Source: Candidatus Magasanikbacteria bacterium RIFCSPHIGHO2_02_FULL_48_18 (GTDB lineage Bacteria > Patescibacteriota > Patescibacteriia > Magasanikbacterales > UBA922). From it: a DNA stretch of 64,000 nt. Of the stretch, positions 1 through 9,800 are shown one piece after another (the stretch's first letter is position 1; each line of letters opens with the position of its first letter). Where the stretch lies: NCBI GenBank assembly GCA_001784285.1, contig MFQC01000011.1, positions 3,640-67,639 on the forward strand. Direction: 5' to 3'. Under the pieces are notes generated by a model that worked only from the letters and a program-made list of their open reading frames with translations, did no database searches and was not told where the DNA came from. The position numbers and the translations under genes are program-made.

Positions 1-352
1 GGCGTGTGGGCGGCGACGCCGGTCGCCGCGTTGCACGAGTCGACCGTGCACAGGTTGCCGTCGTCGATGACGCCGCAATCCTTCTCCTCGACGACGCACT
101 GGCCGACGACGTTGCACGTCATCCCAGACGAACACACGATGTCCGTGTGGATGCAGTCGCCGTCCACGCACACGTCCGTCGTGCACGCGTCGTTGTCGTT
201 GCAGTCCTTGCCGTTGTTGCACTCGGCGGCCGGGGCGGTCGGCCCCGCGTCCGCCTGGGGGGTCGGGGGCACGACGTACGTCGGCCCAGCGTCGTTGGTG
301 TCCCACGTGATGTCTCCCCCCAGACACCCTGAAACGGAAAAGGAGGCGAAGA
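1..352 (-). CDS. Lipoprotein with Cys-rich repeats; N-terminus present (ATG at 352), C-terminus runs off the window start
   Basis: Minus-strand translation MKSNLMIVAAIFASFSVSGC (signal peptide + lipobox) followed by repeated C-x-D-x-N-x-C-T-x-D-x-C...G-C units resembling Myxococcus-type disulfide repeats. AAGGAGAA SD 6 nt upstream. High GC. Not in ORF track because no in-window stop. Confidence 0.55.
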
Positions 353-854
353 TGGCGGCGACGATCATCAGATTGCTCTTCATCGGAATTCTCCTTGGCC
401 CATCGTGGGCCGCGCTAGTGCGGCCCGTTCCCGGGCGCTGTTTGAATCAGTGACAGCGCCGCAGTGGCGCCAGGCTTGAGAATGAGAAAACGAACACTAC
501 GTATCCAGGAGGAAAATGGAATCGTTGTCATGCTGACAAAACGGTATGACAACTATTTTATCCTCTTCTTGGATACGTAGTCTTTCGATAAAGACGTTCA
601 TCCAATTTGTAAAGAGCACGGCAACAATAACAAATATTATTGCCAGACAATGAAACCCTGTCCAGGGTTAGAAATCCGGTTAGGGTGCCATTGTCTTCTT
701 CGAAAGCTATCCACTTGACAAGTGATGACTACCAGGGTACCCTGATATTAGGTGATAATCCTGGTGCACGATTATATCTGCTCCGGATCTTGGAACTCCC
801 TTGGGGAGTTCTTTTGTTTTCCTTCAATTCTTGATATACTATTTTTGGATTGGA

Positions 855-929
855 GGGCGGAGAGCAGGTGGTCCTGCATCTGGGATTATCACCTCAGTTC
901 CAGGGGTTCGAATCCCCCTCCGTCCACCA
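855..929 (+). ncRNA. tRNA-like element (acceptor GGGCGGA/TCCGTCC, T-arm with GGTTCGAATCC, discriminator A, encoded CCA); anticodon arm non-canonical, so a tRNA pseudogene, att remnant or tmRNA-like 3' domain
   Basis: Hand-folded: 7-bp acceptor with one GU, D-arm GCAG/CTGC, T-loop TTCGAAT, terminal CCA at 927-929. Anticodon stem only pairs with an 8-nt loop. Confidence 0.3.
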
Positions 930-931
930 AA

Positions 932-960
932 AGTCCTGAATTTTCAGGACTTTTGTTTTT
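932..960 (+). terminator. Rho-independent terminator
   Basis: AGTCCTGA-ATTT-TCAGGACT hairpin followed by TTTTGTTTTT, directly after the tRNA-like CCA. Confidence 0.6.
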
Positions 961-1183
961 GTAAAGAACAGTTTCCCAAACAATAACTCACAGTATCTCC
1001 CTTCGAAAAAATATTTTTCAAAGAGACAATGCTGTCCCCTTGTCTCAATTCTTTCGAATGAAACAAGGGGGAGCCTCCTTTCCCGCGATCCGGTGGATAC
1101 CGGCGCAGGATCGTGACTTCCCCGACTGGGTCGGGGAACGCAGCGCGTGTCACAGTGCGGATGCGCTGCTTGGAAGGTACGAA

Positions 1184-2214
1184 CTACCACATGGGCAAGT
1201 TGGCCGCCCGCCACATGGCGGGCGGGATGTAGGTGTTGGCTGCCGCTGCTGCCGCAGCTTCAGCCGCCACCTTGGCCTTCTCCCACTGGTTCCTCTCCCC
1301 GTTTCGCACACCTTGTGCGATACCGCAGGAGATCGCCCCGATGCCAGCGCCGGTCAACGCACCAATCCACGCCCCCTCGTCGGCGTGGCCATCCGTGTGC
1401 TTGCCGGGCTCGTCGGCCTGTGGTTGCTCGAAGTGCCCGATGAGGGCCCCTGCGCCGGCACCTCCGGCAGTCGCGGCACCCATCCCGATGAACCACATGG
1501 CCCAATCGGGAAGGTCGTACTGCGGAGGCGGGGGGACGTTGCTCGCCAGGCTGTAGAGGTAGGGGTTGAGCTGGTGTTTGTCAATCTTCACTCGCTCACC
1601 CAACCCGTCCCGGAAGCGGCAGTCGGCGCCGGGCGTCTTGAGGCACATTGCGAGTGCATAATTCGGGTCCAGAACGGCCCGATTCATGCAGTCCTCACAA
1701 GCCTCGACCATGTTTTTGACCGCCTCGGAGTCGACCGTCGTCCCATCCAACGACCGGAGGGTGCCGATGACGGCCGTGCACTGGGCCGCGCAGCCCTGCC
1801 CTGCCGGCGTCGCGAGCCGCTTTTCGATCCTGGCCAGAGTGGCCTGGATCTCGTCGAGCTTCTGGTGCACCGGCCCCAGTTTGACGTCGAGCACGGGGCC
1901 GATCGCCCCGATGACGCCGTCGATGATCCTCTGGATCGACTCGTCGTTGATCCCGACCTCTTTGCAGGCGTTATATACGCGGACCTTCCGCTTCCGGCAG
2001 GCCGCGCTGTCATCGCAGCACTCCTCGCGAAGCTTCTTCAGATCCGCCTCGAGGGCCGCAGTCTGAGCCGCCGACGCGTTCGTCTTCGCCACCATCGCCC
2101 TGATGGTGGCATCCTGGTTCGCCACGGTCGCTTTGACGTTCTGCCCGAACGCCAGGGTGCCGCTGATTGTGAGGGCCAGCAGCACAAGCCCCATGATCGT
2201 CTGGCGAATCATTG
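1184..2214 (-). CDS. Secreted protein with signal peptide, coiled-coil/Cys-rich middle and C-terminal glycine-zipper region
   Basis: GAGGAGAAACGCA-ATG start at 2214. N-terminus MIRQTIMGLVLLALTISGTLAFG. C-terminus GMGAATAGGAGAGALIG / GALTGAGIGAIS motifs. GC-rich codon usage. Confidence 0.55.
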
Positions 2215-2274
2215 CGTTTCTCCTCGACCCTACCCGGGTCACGCGTTGTGAGCCCGGGCAGGGCTCATGGGTTG

Positions 2275-3783
2275 CTACTGGCAGTTGACGCCCGGCATGG
2301 CCGCCGGCTGGCTCGGGTCGATCGAGTGCAGGTTGTCCTGCGACGCGCACGTCGCCAGTTCCACGACGGGGGGCGGTGGGGGTGGGGGTTCCGGGTCACG
2401 CAGAATCAACCACGTAACAAAGACCCCCAACAACGTGCAGAACAGCAGGAACCCGATGGCCGTCGTCCACTGGAAGACCGTGGTCTCCCGCGTGACCGCC
2501 TTCACCCCGTTGAGTGGTGCGTTCACTGTGTTGTTGGCAACCAGCGGCACGCCGCCGGCGCCGACCGCACCCGCACCCCCCGGCAGGGCATTGGCGAAGT
2601 TCGCCAACGCCTGCATGTCGGCCAGTCGCTGGGCCATCGTCGGCTCTGGCGGAGCCACCGGGACGAGACCCTGCAGTTGCTGTACCAGGTCGACCGCGTC
2701 TCCAGCGGTGGGAGCGGCCGGGACCAGACCGTGCAGGGTTGTCACGATCTTTGCCGCCTCGTCGGGGTCTGCCGCCTTGGCCTGCGGCAGGGACTTGAGG
2801 AGCGCGTCGACGAGCGTCGCCGCGCCGTCTCGCTGGTCCTTCGCCATATCCTTTGCGAGCTGCCCCGGGTCCGTGACCTTCGGCAGTACGCCGAGGACGG
2901 CCGTGAGCCGGTCGGCAGCGGCCTTGTCTGCCGCGGCGCCGAGCGTCACGGCGACGCCACCGGTCTCCCGGATCTGCGCCGACGGCGCCTCGGCCTTCGG
3001 AAGCGCCGCAAGGACGGCGTCCAGGCGAGCCTGGGCCGCCTTGTCCGCAGCTCCCCCGAGCTTCGTCGTCATGTCGCCCATCGCGTTGAGCTGGTCCATC
3101 GGGTCGACAGCTTTCGCCATCATCCCCTTGAACATGTCTGCCGCTTCCTTGTAGACCTTTGCCAGGTCGGATTGCGGATTTGCCGCCGCGATCGCCGCGG
3201 GGAGCCCGTTCAGCCTGTCGCCGATCGTTGTCAGCGCTGTGAGGATCTGCGTCGCGGGCACCCCGGCGGTGACGGCGCTCTTCAGCGCCTCCGGGAGTGC
3301 CGTGATCGCCGCCTGGAGGGCGGCGAAGTTTTCTCTTGTCGCCGTTCCCGCCGTGATCAGCGGGAGGAGGACCTTGACAAGGTCCACGATGTCTCGCAGG
3401 TTCATGGTGTCTCCTCCGCCGTCGGGCGGTCTTGTTGTGTCAGTTCTCGTTCTTGTCCGCGGATCGGCCGGCGGCTGGTCAGGGTCCCCGCGCACGAGTT
3501 CAATCGTGCCGGAGGTCGCCTCCCCGGCCGCATCCGTGATCCGGACGCGGACAGGGTTGCGGTGGTCATTCTGGAGGTTCCCCTTGGGAACCACGATGTC
3601 CACCCTTTCGGGCGGACCCGCACTCCAGAACCAACCTTCCCTGCCCAAGGCCGCGGCCTTGGGCACGTCCTTGACCTCACCCCTAATTTCAATTCTCACT
3701 CTCGTCGGCTCTGCCGCGCCGAAGTCACCCTCGACGCGAACCGCCCGATCTCCGATCTTCGTAATGGTTGTGATGGTAGCCAT
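2275..3783 (-). CDS. Repeat-containing protein with beta-rich N-terminal domain, L-x-x-LP-x-A type repeats, C-terminal TM helix and poly-Pro tail
   Basis: Strong GAGGAGG SD 6 nt before ATG at 3783 (MATITTITK...). A second GGAGGAG-ATG occurs in frame at about 3420. Single hydrophobic helix TTAIGFLLFCTLLGVFVTWLIL near the C-terminus. Confidence 0.55.
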   Translation of the reverse strand: MATITTITKIGDRAVRVEGDFGAAEPTRVRIEIRGEVKDVPKAAALGREGWFWSAGPPERVDIVVPKGNLQNDHRNPVRVRITDAAGEATSGTIELVRGDPDQPPADPRTRTRTDTTRPPDGGGDTMNLRDIVDLVKVLLPLITAGTATRENFAALQAAITALPEALKSAVTAGVPATQILTALTTIGDRLNGLPAAIAAANPQSDLAKVYKEAADMFKGMMAKAVDPMDQLNAMGDMTTKLGGAADKAAQARLDAVLAALPKAEAPSAQIRETGGVAVTLGAAADKAAADRLTAVLGVLPKVTDPGQLAKDMAKDQRDGAATLVDALLKSLPQAKAADPDEAAKIVTTLHGLVPAAPTAGDAVDLVQQLQGLVPVAPPEPTMAQRLADMQALANFANALPGGAGAVGAGGVPLVANNTVNAPLNGVKAVTRETTVFQWTTAIGFLLFCTLLGVFVTWLILRDPEPPPPPPPVVELATCASQDNLHSIDPSQPAAMPGVNCQ

Positions 3784-3905
3784 GTGTAGCCTCCTCATTG
3801 CGAAGTCGGTGCGGGTATGCGCCGACGAAAGTGTTGGACCGTACAGGATCCGACCACCACCTCGACCATCGAGGTGAGGTAGTGAGGACCCGGACGGGCC
3901 GTTGT

Positions 3906-3975
3906 ATCTCCCGTTCCCCCTCCTCACCTCCCCCTTTGGGGGAGGGGAAGGGAGGGGGAACGGGAGATCTTTTTC
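3906..3975 (+). repeat. 63-nt GC-rich imperfect palindrome plus T-run (terminator-like) at the GC-content boundary
   Basis: atctcccgttccccctcctcacctccccc / gggggaggggaagggagggggaacgggagat arms around tttggg, then CTTTTT. GC composition switches immediately downstream. Confidence 0.5.
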
Positions 3976-4177
3976 TCTTGTTTTGGCCTTTATTTGTAAT
4001 GAACGGCTGAAAACACCAAAATTAGGCATGTTCAGCACAGAAAAAATCCTGGGAATCCCGGACCTTTTCTTTTCTGAACAGTGCAATAATACTTTAAATA
4101 ATCGCTCTATACAGCCAAATTTTTCTGCTTTTCTCCTTTTTTAGGAGAACTAACTATCATAGCACATTTTGGAGAAC

Positions 4178-4206
4178 TTGTCAAGACACCCCACCCATGA
4201 TATTCT
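4178..4206 (+). promoter_or_regulatory. Sigma70-like promoter TTGTCA-17-TATTCT for the toxin-antitoxin array
   Basis: Hexamers with 17-nt spacer, about 20 nt upstream of HEPN start 4226. Confidence 0.4.
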
Positions 4207-4225
4207 ACCCATATTCTACAATCGT

Positions 4226-4675
4226 ATGACTGATAAAGAAAAAATGAAATATGTCTTCTACTGGTTTGAAGAAGCCAAAATTTCTTTGGATGTCGCAAAA
4301 TCACTGTATAAAAGCAAAAAATACGCAGAAACACTCTTTTTTGGCCATTTAACCTTGGAAAAAATACTCAAAAGTATTGTCGTATTTCAAACAAATAAAC
4401 ACGCACCGTTTACCCACGACTTGGTATCTCTTGCAGAAAAAGGAAGAATGCCTCTTTTAACCGATGCAATTGAAACGTTACAAAAAGTAAATGGCTTTTA
4501 TCTTTCCGGCAGATATGATCAACACAAAATGGATTTTCGGAAAAAATGCACTCCCGAATTTACCAAAAAATACTTTGATGAAATAAAAAATACCTACATA
4601 TGGCTCGAAAAAGAAGCACAAACGCTCTTCCGGTCTTTGTCACCGCAAAAGCCCATGGATACATCCAAACACTAA
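4226..4675 (+). CDS. HEPN domain protein (toxin-like partner of MNT)
   Basis: MTDKEKMKYVFYWFEEAKISLDVAKSL...GRYDQHK motif. Classic HEPN N-terminus. Paired with downstream MNT. Confidence 0.7.
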   Translation: MTDKEKMKYVFYWFEEAKISLDVAKSLYKSKKYAETLFFGHLTLEKILKSIVVFQTNKHAPFTHDLVSLAEKGRMPLLTDAIETLQKVNGFYLSGRYDQHKMDFRKKCTPEFTKKYFDEIKNTYIWLEKEAQTLFRSLSPQKPMDTSKH

Positions 4676-4935
4676 AATCCTCTCGGATACCGATCAATCG
4701 CGCATACATATTCGGTTCGTGGGCAAAACAGAAGGCAGATGATGACAGTGACATTGATCTTGCTATTTTGTCGTCTTCTTTTTCGGATTGGGAAAAACAA
4801 AATAACGCGTTGGCAAAAGCCATGCGCATGGATTTTGCCGGCATTGAACCGCACGGATTTCACCCAAAGGATTTCACACCCGGTGAAAATCTGTTAGTGG
4901 ATGAAATTCTCAAATATGGAATACGGATTGTGTGA
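4600..4935 (+). CDS. Minimal nucleotidyltransferase (MNT, antitoxin-like); start uncertain, 76-nt overlap with HEPN if ATG at 4600
   Basis: IFGSWAKQKADDDSDIDLAIL = GS...DxD nucleotidyltransferase signature. Ends GIRIV*. Confidence 0.7.
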   Translation: MARKRSTNALPVFVTAKAHGYIQTLKSSRIPINRAYIFGSWAKQKADDDSDIDLAILSSSFSDWEKQNNALAKAMRMDFAGIEPHGFHPKDFTPGENLLVDEILKYGIRIV

Positions 4936-4938
4936 TAT

Positions 4939-5220
4939 ATGAAAAAAGAAAACATTATCAAACTTATTGCCCCCATTCTCACGCGCCATCATGTGACGAA
5001 TGCCGCGTTGTTTGGTTCGTTCGCGCGAGGAGAAGAAACGGAAACCAGCGATGTGGATATTCTTATTGACCCACCGCCACACATGTCACTTCTTGATATG
5101 GCACGTCTCAAACATGAACTTGAAGACACCCTTCACAAAAAAGTGGATCTTGTCCCGGAGAGATCACTCTACCCAGATCTCAAACCATACATTGAAAAAG
5201 ATAAACGTCCAATTTTTTAG
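4939..5220 (+). CDS. Minimal nucleotidyltransferase (MntA-like antitoxin)
   Basis: LFGSFARGEETETSDVDILID motif. Confidence 0.8.
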   Translation: MKKENIIKLIAPILTRHHVTNAALFGSFARGEETETSDVDILIDPPPHMSLLDMARLKHELEDTLHKKVDLVPERSLYPDLKPYIEKDKRPIF

Positions 5221-5223
5221 TCT

Positions 5224-5604
5224 ATGGCAACAGATGAACAGCGAGAACCATTGGCATATTTACATGACATACAGGAAAGTATTGAACACATAGAGGCATA
5301 CACACAACCACACACCTTTGAATCGTTTGTAAGAGACCAACAAATACAAGACGCTGTGGTTCGACGAATAGAAATAATCGGCGAGGCAGTAAAACAATTA
5401 CCGCTTGCCATCCGGCATACCTACCCCGAAATCCCATGGCGGGATGTGGCAGGTATGCGTGATATTTTAATTCACGAATATTATCGCGTTGATTTACCGA
5501 CTGCGTGGGAAGTGGCCATTCGTGATTTGCCAAAATTGAAACGGCAAATACAAAACCTCATTAGGCATATTACAATGAATGATAATAAAAATTCTAAGAA
5601 GTAG
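5224..5604 (+). CDS. HepT/DUF86-type HEPN toxin
   Basis: R-DILIHEY (Rx4HxY HEPN motif). 4-nt gap after the MNT gene. Confidence 0.8.
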   Translation: MATDEQREPLAYLHDIQESIEHIEAYTQPHTFESFVRDQQIQDAVVRRIEIIGEAVKQLPLAIRHTYPEIPWRDVAGMRDILIHEYYRVDLPTAWEVAIRDLPKLKRQIQNLIRHITMNDNKNSKK

Positions 5605-5606
5605 GT

Positions 5607-5639
5607 AAAATTCTCAAATACGAAATACGGATTGTGTAA
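5607..5639 (+). pseudogene. 33-nt remnant of an MNT gene 3' end (..KILKYEIRIV*) directly after the hepT stop
   Basis: Near-identical to 4900-4935 (3' end of MNT at 4600-4935). Confidence 0.5.
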
Positions 5640-5657
5640 CTCATTACCATAAAATAA

Positions 5658-6065
5658 ATGGCTAACGAACATATTATCCAATTTTGGAAAAAATCCGCGG
5701 ACAAAAATCACGCGGCCGCCAAGTCATTATTTCGCCTCGGGCATTATGATATGTGCCTCTTCTGTTGCCATCTTGCGATTGAAAAATATCTGAAGGCATA
5801 TTACATAGCACAAACTGGCAAGCTTCCCCCGTACATCCACGATCTCAACCGAATCGCCGAATCACTAAGTCTGCCGCTCACAGATGAACACATAACAGAC
5901 CTCGACACAATGACAAAATTTAACGTCCAAGGGAGATACGACGACGTAAAATTGCGCTTCTACAAAACCGCGACAAAACCATACACCAAACACTATCTTG
6001 AAAAAACCAACCAATTCATTCTATGGCTAAAAAAAGAATCTCAAAAAAAACAGAAAAAAAAATAG
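5658..6065 (+). CDS. HEPN domain protein
   Basis: HAAAKSLFRLGHYDMCLFCCHLAIEKYLKAY...QGRYDD, HEPN-like. Upstream of MNT. Confidence 0.7.
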   Translation: MANEHIIQFWKKSADKNHAAAKSLFRLGHYDMCLFCCHLAIEKYLKAYYIAQTGKLPPYIHDLNRIAESLSLPLTDEHITDLDTMTKFNVQGRYDDVKLRFYKTATKPYTKHYLEKTNQFILWLKKESQKKQKKK

Positions 6066-6349
6066 ATGGTTTTATATCCTCATTAAAAAAAGATGGGACG
6101 CCGATTACGAGTCTCTATCTTTTTGGCTCCCATGCCAAAGGAACCGCGCATGAATGGAGCGACATTGATTTGGCTGTTATTTCTCCGGCATTTGAAACAC
6201 GTATCAAAGATCCGCTGAATTATTTATGGGGGAAAAGGATGGAACTCAAAGAATTTGCCATCGAACCTGTTGGCTTTTCTCCAAAAGATTTTAAAGAAGG
6301 CGGCATGCTGATAAACGAAATTAAGCGGCATGGAATACGGATACTGTAA
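6023..6349 (+). CDS. Minimal nucleotidyltransferase
   Basis: LYLFGSHAKGTAHEWSDIDLAV motif. Ends GIRIL*. Confidence 0.8.
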   Translation: MAKKRISKKTEKKIDGFISSLKKDGTPITSLYLFGSHAKGTAHEWSDIDLAVISPAFETRIKDPLNYLWGKRMELKEFAIEPVGFSPKDFKEGGMLINEIKRHGIRIL

Positions 6350-6414
6350 AACCAAAGAGAAAATAAAAACAAACGCTTCATACATACCATTTTCTCACCC
6401 TAATATATACCTCT

Positions 6415-6636
6415 ATGAGCAACACTACCCCTACCAAACAAAAAAATCCTGACCTAACCAGAGAAATTCAGCTTATGAAAAGCCTGCTCATCAGTCTTGT
6501 CGGTCGAGACAACGAGGGAAACTACCAGCCTGAATTTGCCAAAAAAATACTTCTTGCTTCGGAAGAAAAGCCGACCAAAACATTTAAAGATCCCGCTTCA
6601 TTTTTGCGCGAACTTAAAAATGTTTCAATTTATTGA
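6415..6636 (+). CDS. Hypothetical small protein (73 aa) in cassette-like position
   Basis: ORF only. No SD. Followed by another MNT 3' remnant. Confidence 0.3.
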   Translation: MSNTTPTKQKNPDLTREIQLMKSLLISLVGRDNEGNYQPEFAKKILLASEEKPTKTFKDPASFLRELKNVSIY

Positions 6637-6703
6637 CAGCGAAATAATTCAGCTTCTTCGAGTCGCGCACAGAAAAGACATCTACCTATAATAGTCCCTT
6701 GCT

Positions 6704-6765
6704 TCTTTAAAGAAAACGGAGTACTGATCAATGAAACCAAGCGGCATGGAATACGGATACGGTAA
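6704..6765 (+). pseudogene. Truncated duplicate of an MNT gene 3' end (FKENGVLINETKRHGIRIR*)
   Basis: About 60 nt highly similar to 6290-6349 (3' end of MNT at 6023-6349). No upstream coding continuity. Confidence 0.55.
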
Positions 6766-6831
6766 ATTTGGTGAAAGATGCTGAAACAAGTTCAGCATGA
6801 CAACAAACGAGACTTGAGAGACTTCCAAAGG

Positions 6832-6866
6832 ACCAAAAACGACCGGCACTCACCGATCGTTTTTTA
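6832..6866. terminator. Bidirectional terminator between the TA array and the giant gene
   Basis: AAAACGACCGG-CACTCA-CCGATCGTTTTTT hairpin flanked by A- and T-runs. Giant gene stops at 6869. Confidence 0.45.
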
Positions 6867-6868
6867 AA

Positions 6869-9800
6869 TTACTCTCCAATCTTTGCCGCATCTCCTGCGG
6901 TTGCAGCACTCCCACTCGTCTCCTCCACTTTTACCCCATTTTTAAATTCAACCGGATTATTGGGATCGTCCAAATAGTACCGATTGATGGTATCCCCATC
7001 AACATCGTCTATTGCCGGCCGCAATTTGCCGCCTTCTTCAATAAGCTGAACTTTGCCTTCAATGGTTGCATTTCCTCCGGCAATATCAATTTTTAAATTT
7101 CCTCCCGCAATGTTTGGATTAAAATCCACTGGCATCACCACTTCGAATGGATCTTTCCCTTCCCCTCGAAAGAGAGAAAATCGTTTGATACCAGACACTC
7201 TTGTGGGAAGTTCGACTAACGGTTTGTCCGGTGTCGGTGCCCCTTCGGTTCCGGCAGCTGCTTCTGCCGCAGGAGATGGAATAGGTCCGCCGGATTCGCC
7301 CGCCGGTTCAACTCGAGGCTCTGCTGTTTCCTGGGGTCCAGCCGCAACTTTTGGTTTGGACAAATCCAATCCCGATCGATCTACTCCGGCGGCGCGAGTT
7401 TGGATATCCTCCCCACCTGATTGTGCGGCAGACCCCACGGCGCGTCCAATTGCGTCTCCACGGAACGAAGAAGCATCTGGTCTTGCGCCACTTGTTCGAG
7501 CGGCATCTTCTATCCGTTCCACTTCTGTTTTGACCGCATCAAAGTATGAACCCAGCACATCACGACGAAAGGTTCCCGCTATTTCATTATAACCGGAAAG
7601 ACGTGTCTTCAAAAACTGTTCTGTATATTGTTGCAAGGTTTGTCGTTGCGCCGGAGAAAACTCAAGTATATCTTCCAAATCAATATCGCCTCGAGCGGCC
7701 GCGTCAAGCGATGTCATAAGCAAGCTCACGCCTTTTTGCAATTTTTTGATTTCTGTAACTTCGGCTGCGGACGGCATTTCACTATAATCTCTTCCAATAC
7801 CGCCTTGATAGTCTCCGACACTTCCGCCGATACCTGCTGAACCATACGCTCGCGATTCAGCCGCAGAACCCACACCTCGAGCCACAGCAGAAGACGCTCC
7901 TCCAGTGATCGATTGAAATGGATTCTCGGCATAATGTGTTACCTGCCCGGCGGCATCGGTTACATTGAGCGTGCCATCTCGAAGTAATTCTACTACGCTG
8001 ACATTATTGCCAATTTCATACGTTATACCGTCGAGCGAAATCACTTTGACATTTTTGCCAAGGCCATCCGACGTTTCAATAATGCGTATTTTCCCCGGGC
8101 CGGAAAGCCCTGCTTTGGCTGCGTCCATTGACTGTGATACGTCGGGTCGTCCATGAAGTTCGGCCTTTGTCATAGGTCGTCCATAGCGTACTTCCAAATT
8201 TCTGTCTCCGCCAACTTGGTTGTGATGGAATGTGAGTCTACCTTTTTCATCAAGAGCCGGAAGATAGTGCTGATCGACACCATCTTTCCAATAAACGCCC
8301 TTTAAATAGCGTCCGTCCCGAGTCATAAATCCGGTACGCAATGAAACGCGGTGGGCTTCTCTGCCAATGTGCGTATCCAAATCCACTTTTGCAACATTGG
8401 GATCATACCCAATCATGCTATAAAATTTGGCCTTTTCTTCTCCGGTTAAGGTATCGTCCAAATATCGCATAATTGCAATATACCGGCCTTCCGGGCCGCC
8501 ACCTTTTGGCAACTGCCCATGGTCAAACATTTCTTGCAGAACCTCCGGCTTTTGCAAACTCGGCAATTCATGAGAAATACCTTGCAGGTCTTCTTTTACG
8601 CCACTTTCCAAATTCATGGCATCCCAATCGACCTCAGGCGCTTCCGGAGGAATATCCGCAAAATCTGCCGGCTGTATGTCGGCGGCCTGTTGCCAGCCGG
8701 CAAGACGCGCCAACTCTTGTCTGGTGATGTTAATTTCTTCTTGCAAACCCCCCACAGTCTGTTCGGCTTGAAGACTTTTTCCCATGAGCTCAGCGTGTGC
8801 CGGACTATCCGGAGACACTGCCGCCATTTGATTTTCAATTTCCACATGATGCACATGCGCGTCTGCCAATTGTTGTTCCAATGCCTCCACTTTTGTGGTG
8901 CCATCCATAATCTTTTGGATGTCTTCTGATTTTTTTGCCAAATCACTGGTTGATAATTGAAAGGCTTCGGTTGGGCGACCTTGCATCATGCTTTGCGCGT
9001 ATGCTTTTGCTTCCAAAAATTTTTGGACGTAGCTACCAACCGCAATACCGGCAACGACAGACCCCAGACGTTTTGCCCAACGAAATCCTTTTTCTTTACC
9101 AATTTTTCTTAACGAAATATCAAGAGAGGCATTTTCTTGTTCTATATAGGCCGAGGTATATTTGGCGACATCTAAAGCTGTCGCATCTGGTGATCCTCCC
9201 GCGGCCTCCGGGGTGCCGGACGTGCCGCCTGCCATGTTTTGTACTAAAACCTCCTGAAGAAGGACGTCCCGTTTTTCGTACAAATCCTGATAGACCTCGT
9301 CTTTATTTGGATCTTTATGATCCACCTGCAATTTTGCACGGCGGACACTTAATAAATCGTTCAATGTTTCAAGCCGCGTTGCGGGTGTGTCCCCAAGCTC
9401 ATCAATCATGATATCTTTCCCAGCAAAACCACGACGCAGTATTCCTCGAATTCCGCCTTTCTTTTCTAATTTCGCACACTTTTTCTGGTATTTCTTCGTC
9501 ATGTCGGCTTTTTCTTTACCATATTGAGCCGGTTCCCATTCTTGCGCGGTAGCGCGTGCATGAAGAACTGCCATATCCTGATTGAATTTTGCGTTCAACG
9601 CCGTGGCTCGATATTCTACGATGTCCTTTTCGTCGGTAAACACTCTCCCTTGTTTTCCAAAACGACGCTGGGAATACTCTTGTACTCCGTCCAAAAGACC
9701 TCGCGAACCAAAACCACCTCCAAGCCCGGCCATTGCTGTCCGGGTTGCAATAAATCCACCTGCCTGAAGAACCGATTCAAACCATAAAGGAGCTCCCACC

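Larger units (their letters stand above)
454..1050. other. AT-rich structured non-coding segment embedded in the GC-rich block
   Basis: Sharp GC drop. Nested perfect hairpins: 11-bp stem 497-507/570-580 enclosing 8-bp stem 524-531/546-553. Further palindromes (cagggtaccctg, gaactccc/gggagttc) and no credible ORF. Confidence 0.35.

Noticed and set aside
4-453. Plus-strand ORFs 4-453 and 6-332
   Set aside because: The opposite strand encodes a lipoprotein with signal peptide, SD and Cys-repeat architecture. The plus-frame translations are low-complexity.
847-929. Reading the 855-929 element as a fully functional canonical tRNA
   Set aside because: Anticodon arm only pairs with an 8-nt loop and a 2-nt D/anticodon spacer. 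Called tRNA-like or pseudogene instead.
1040-3789. Long plus-strand ORFs in the GC-rich block (1040-2251, 2212-3789, 2267-3154)
   Set aside because: Antisense to better-supported minus-strand genes with strong SDs. Pro/Arg/Gly-rich low-complexity translations typical of spurious high-GC ORFs.
3897-3975. GC palindrome as a CRISPR repeat or part of an array
   Set aside because: Single copy. No spaced repeats anywhere in the window.
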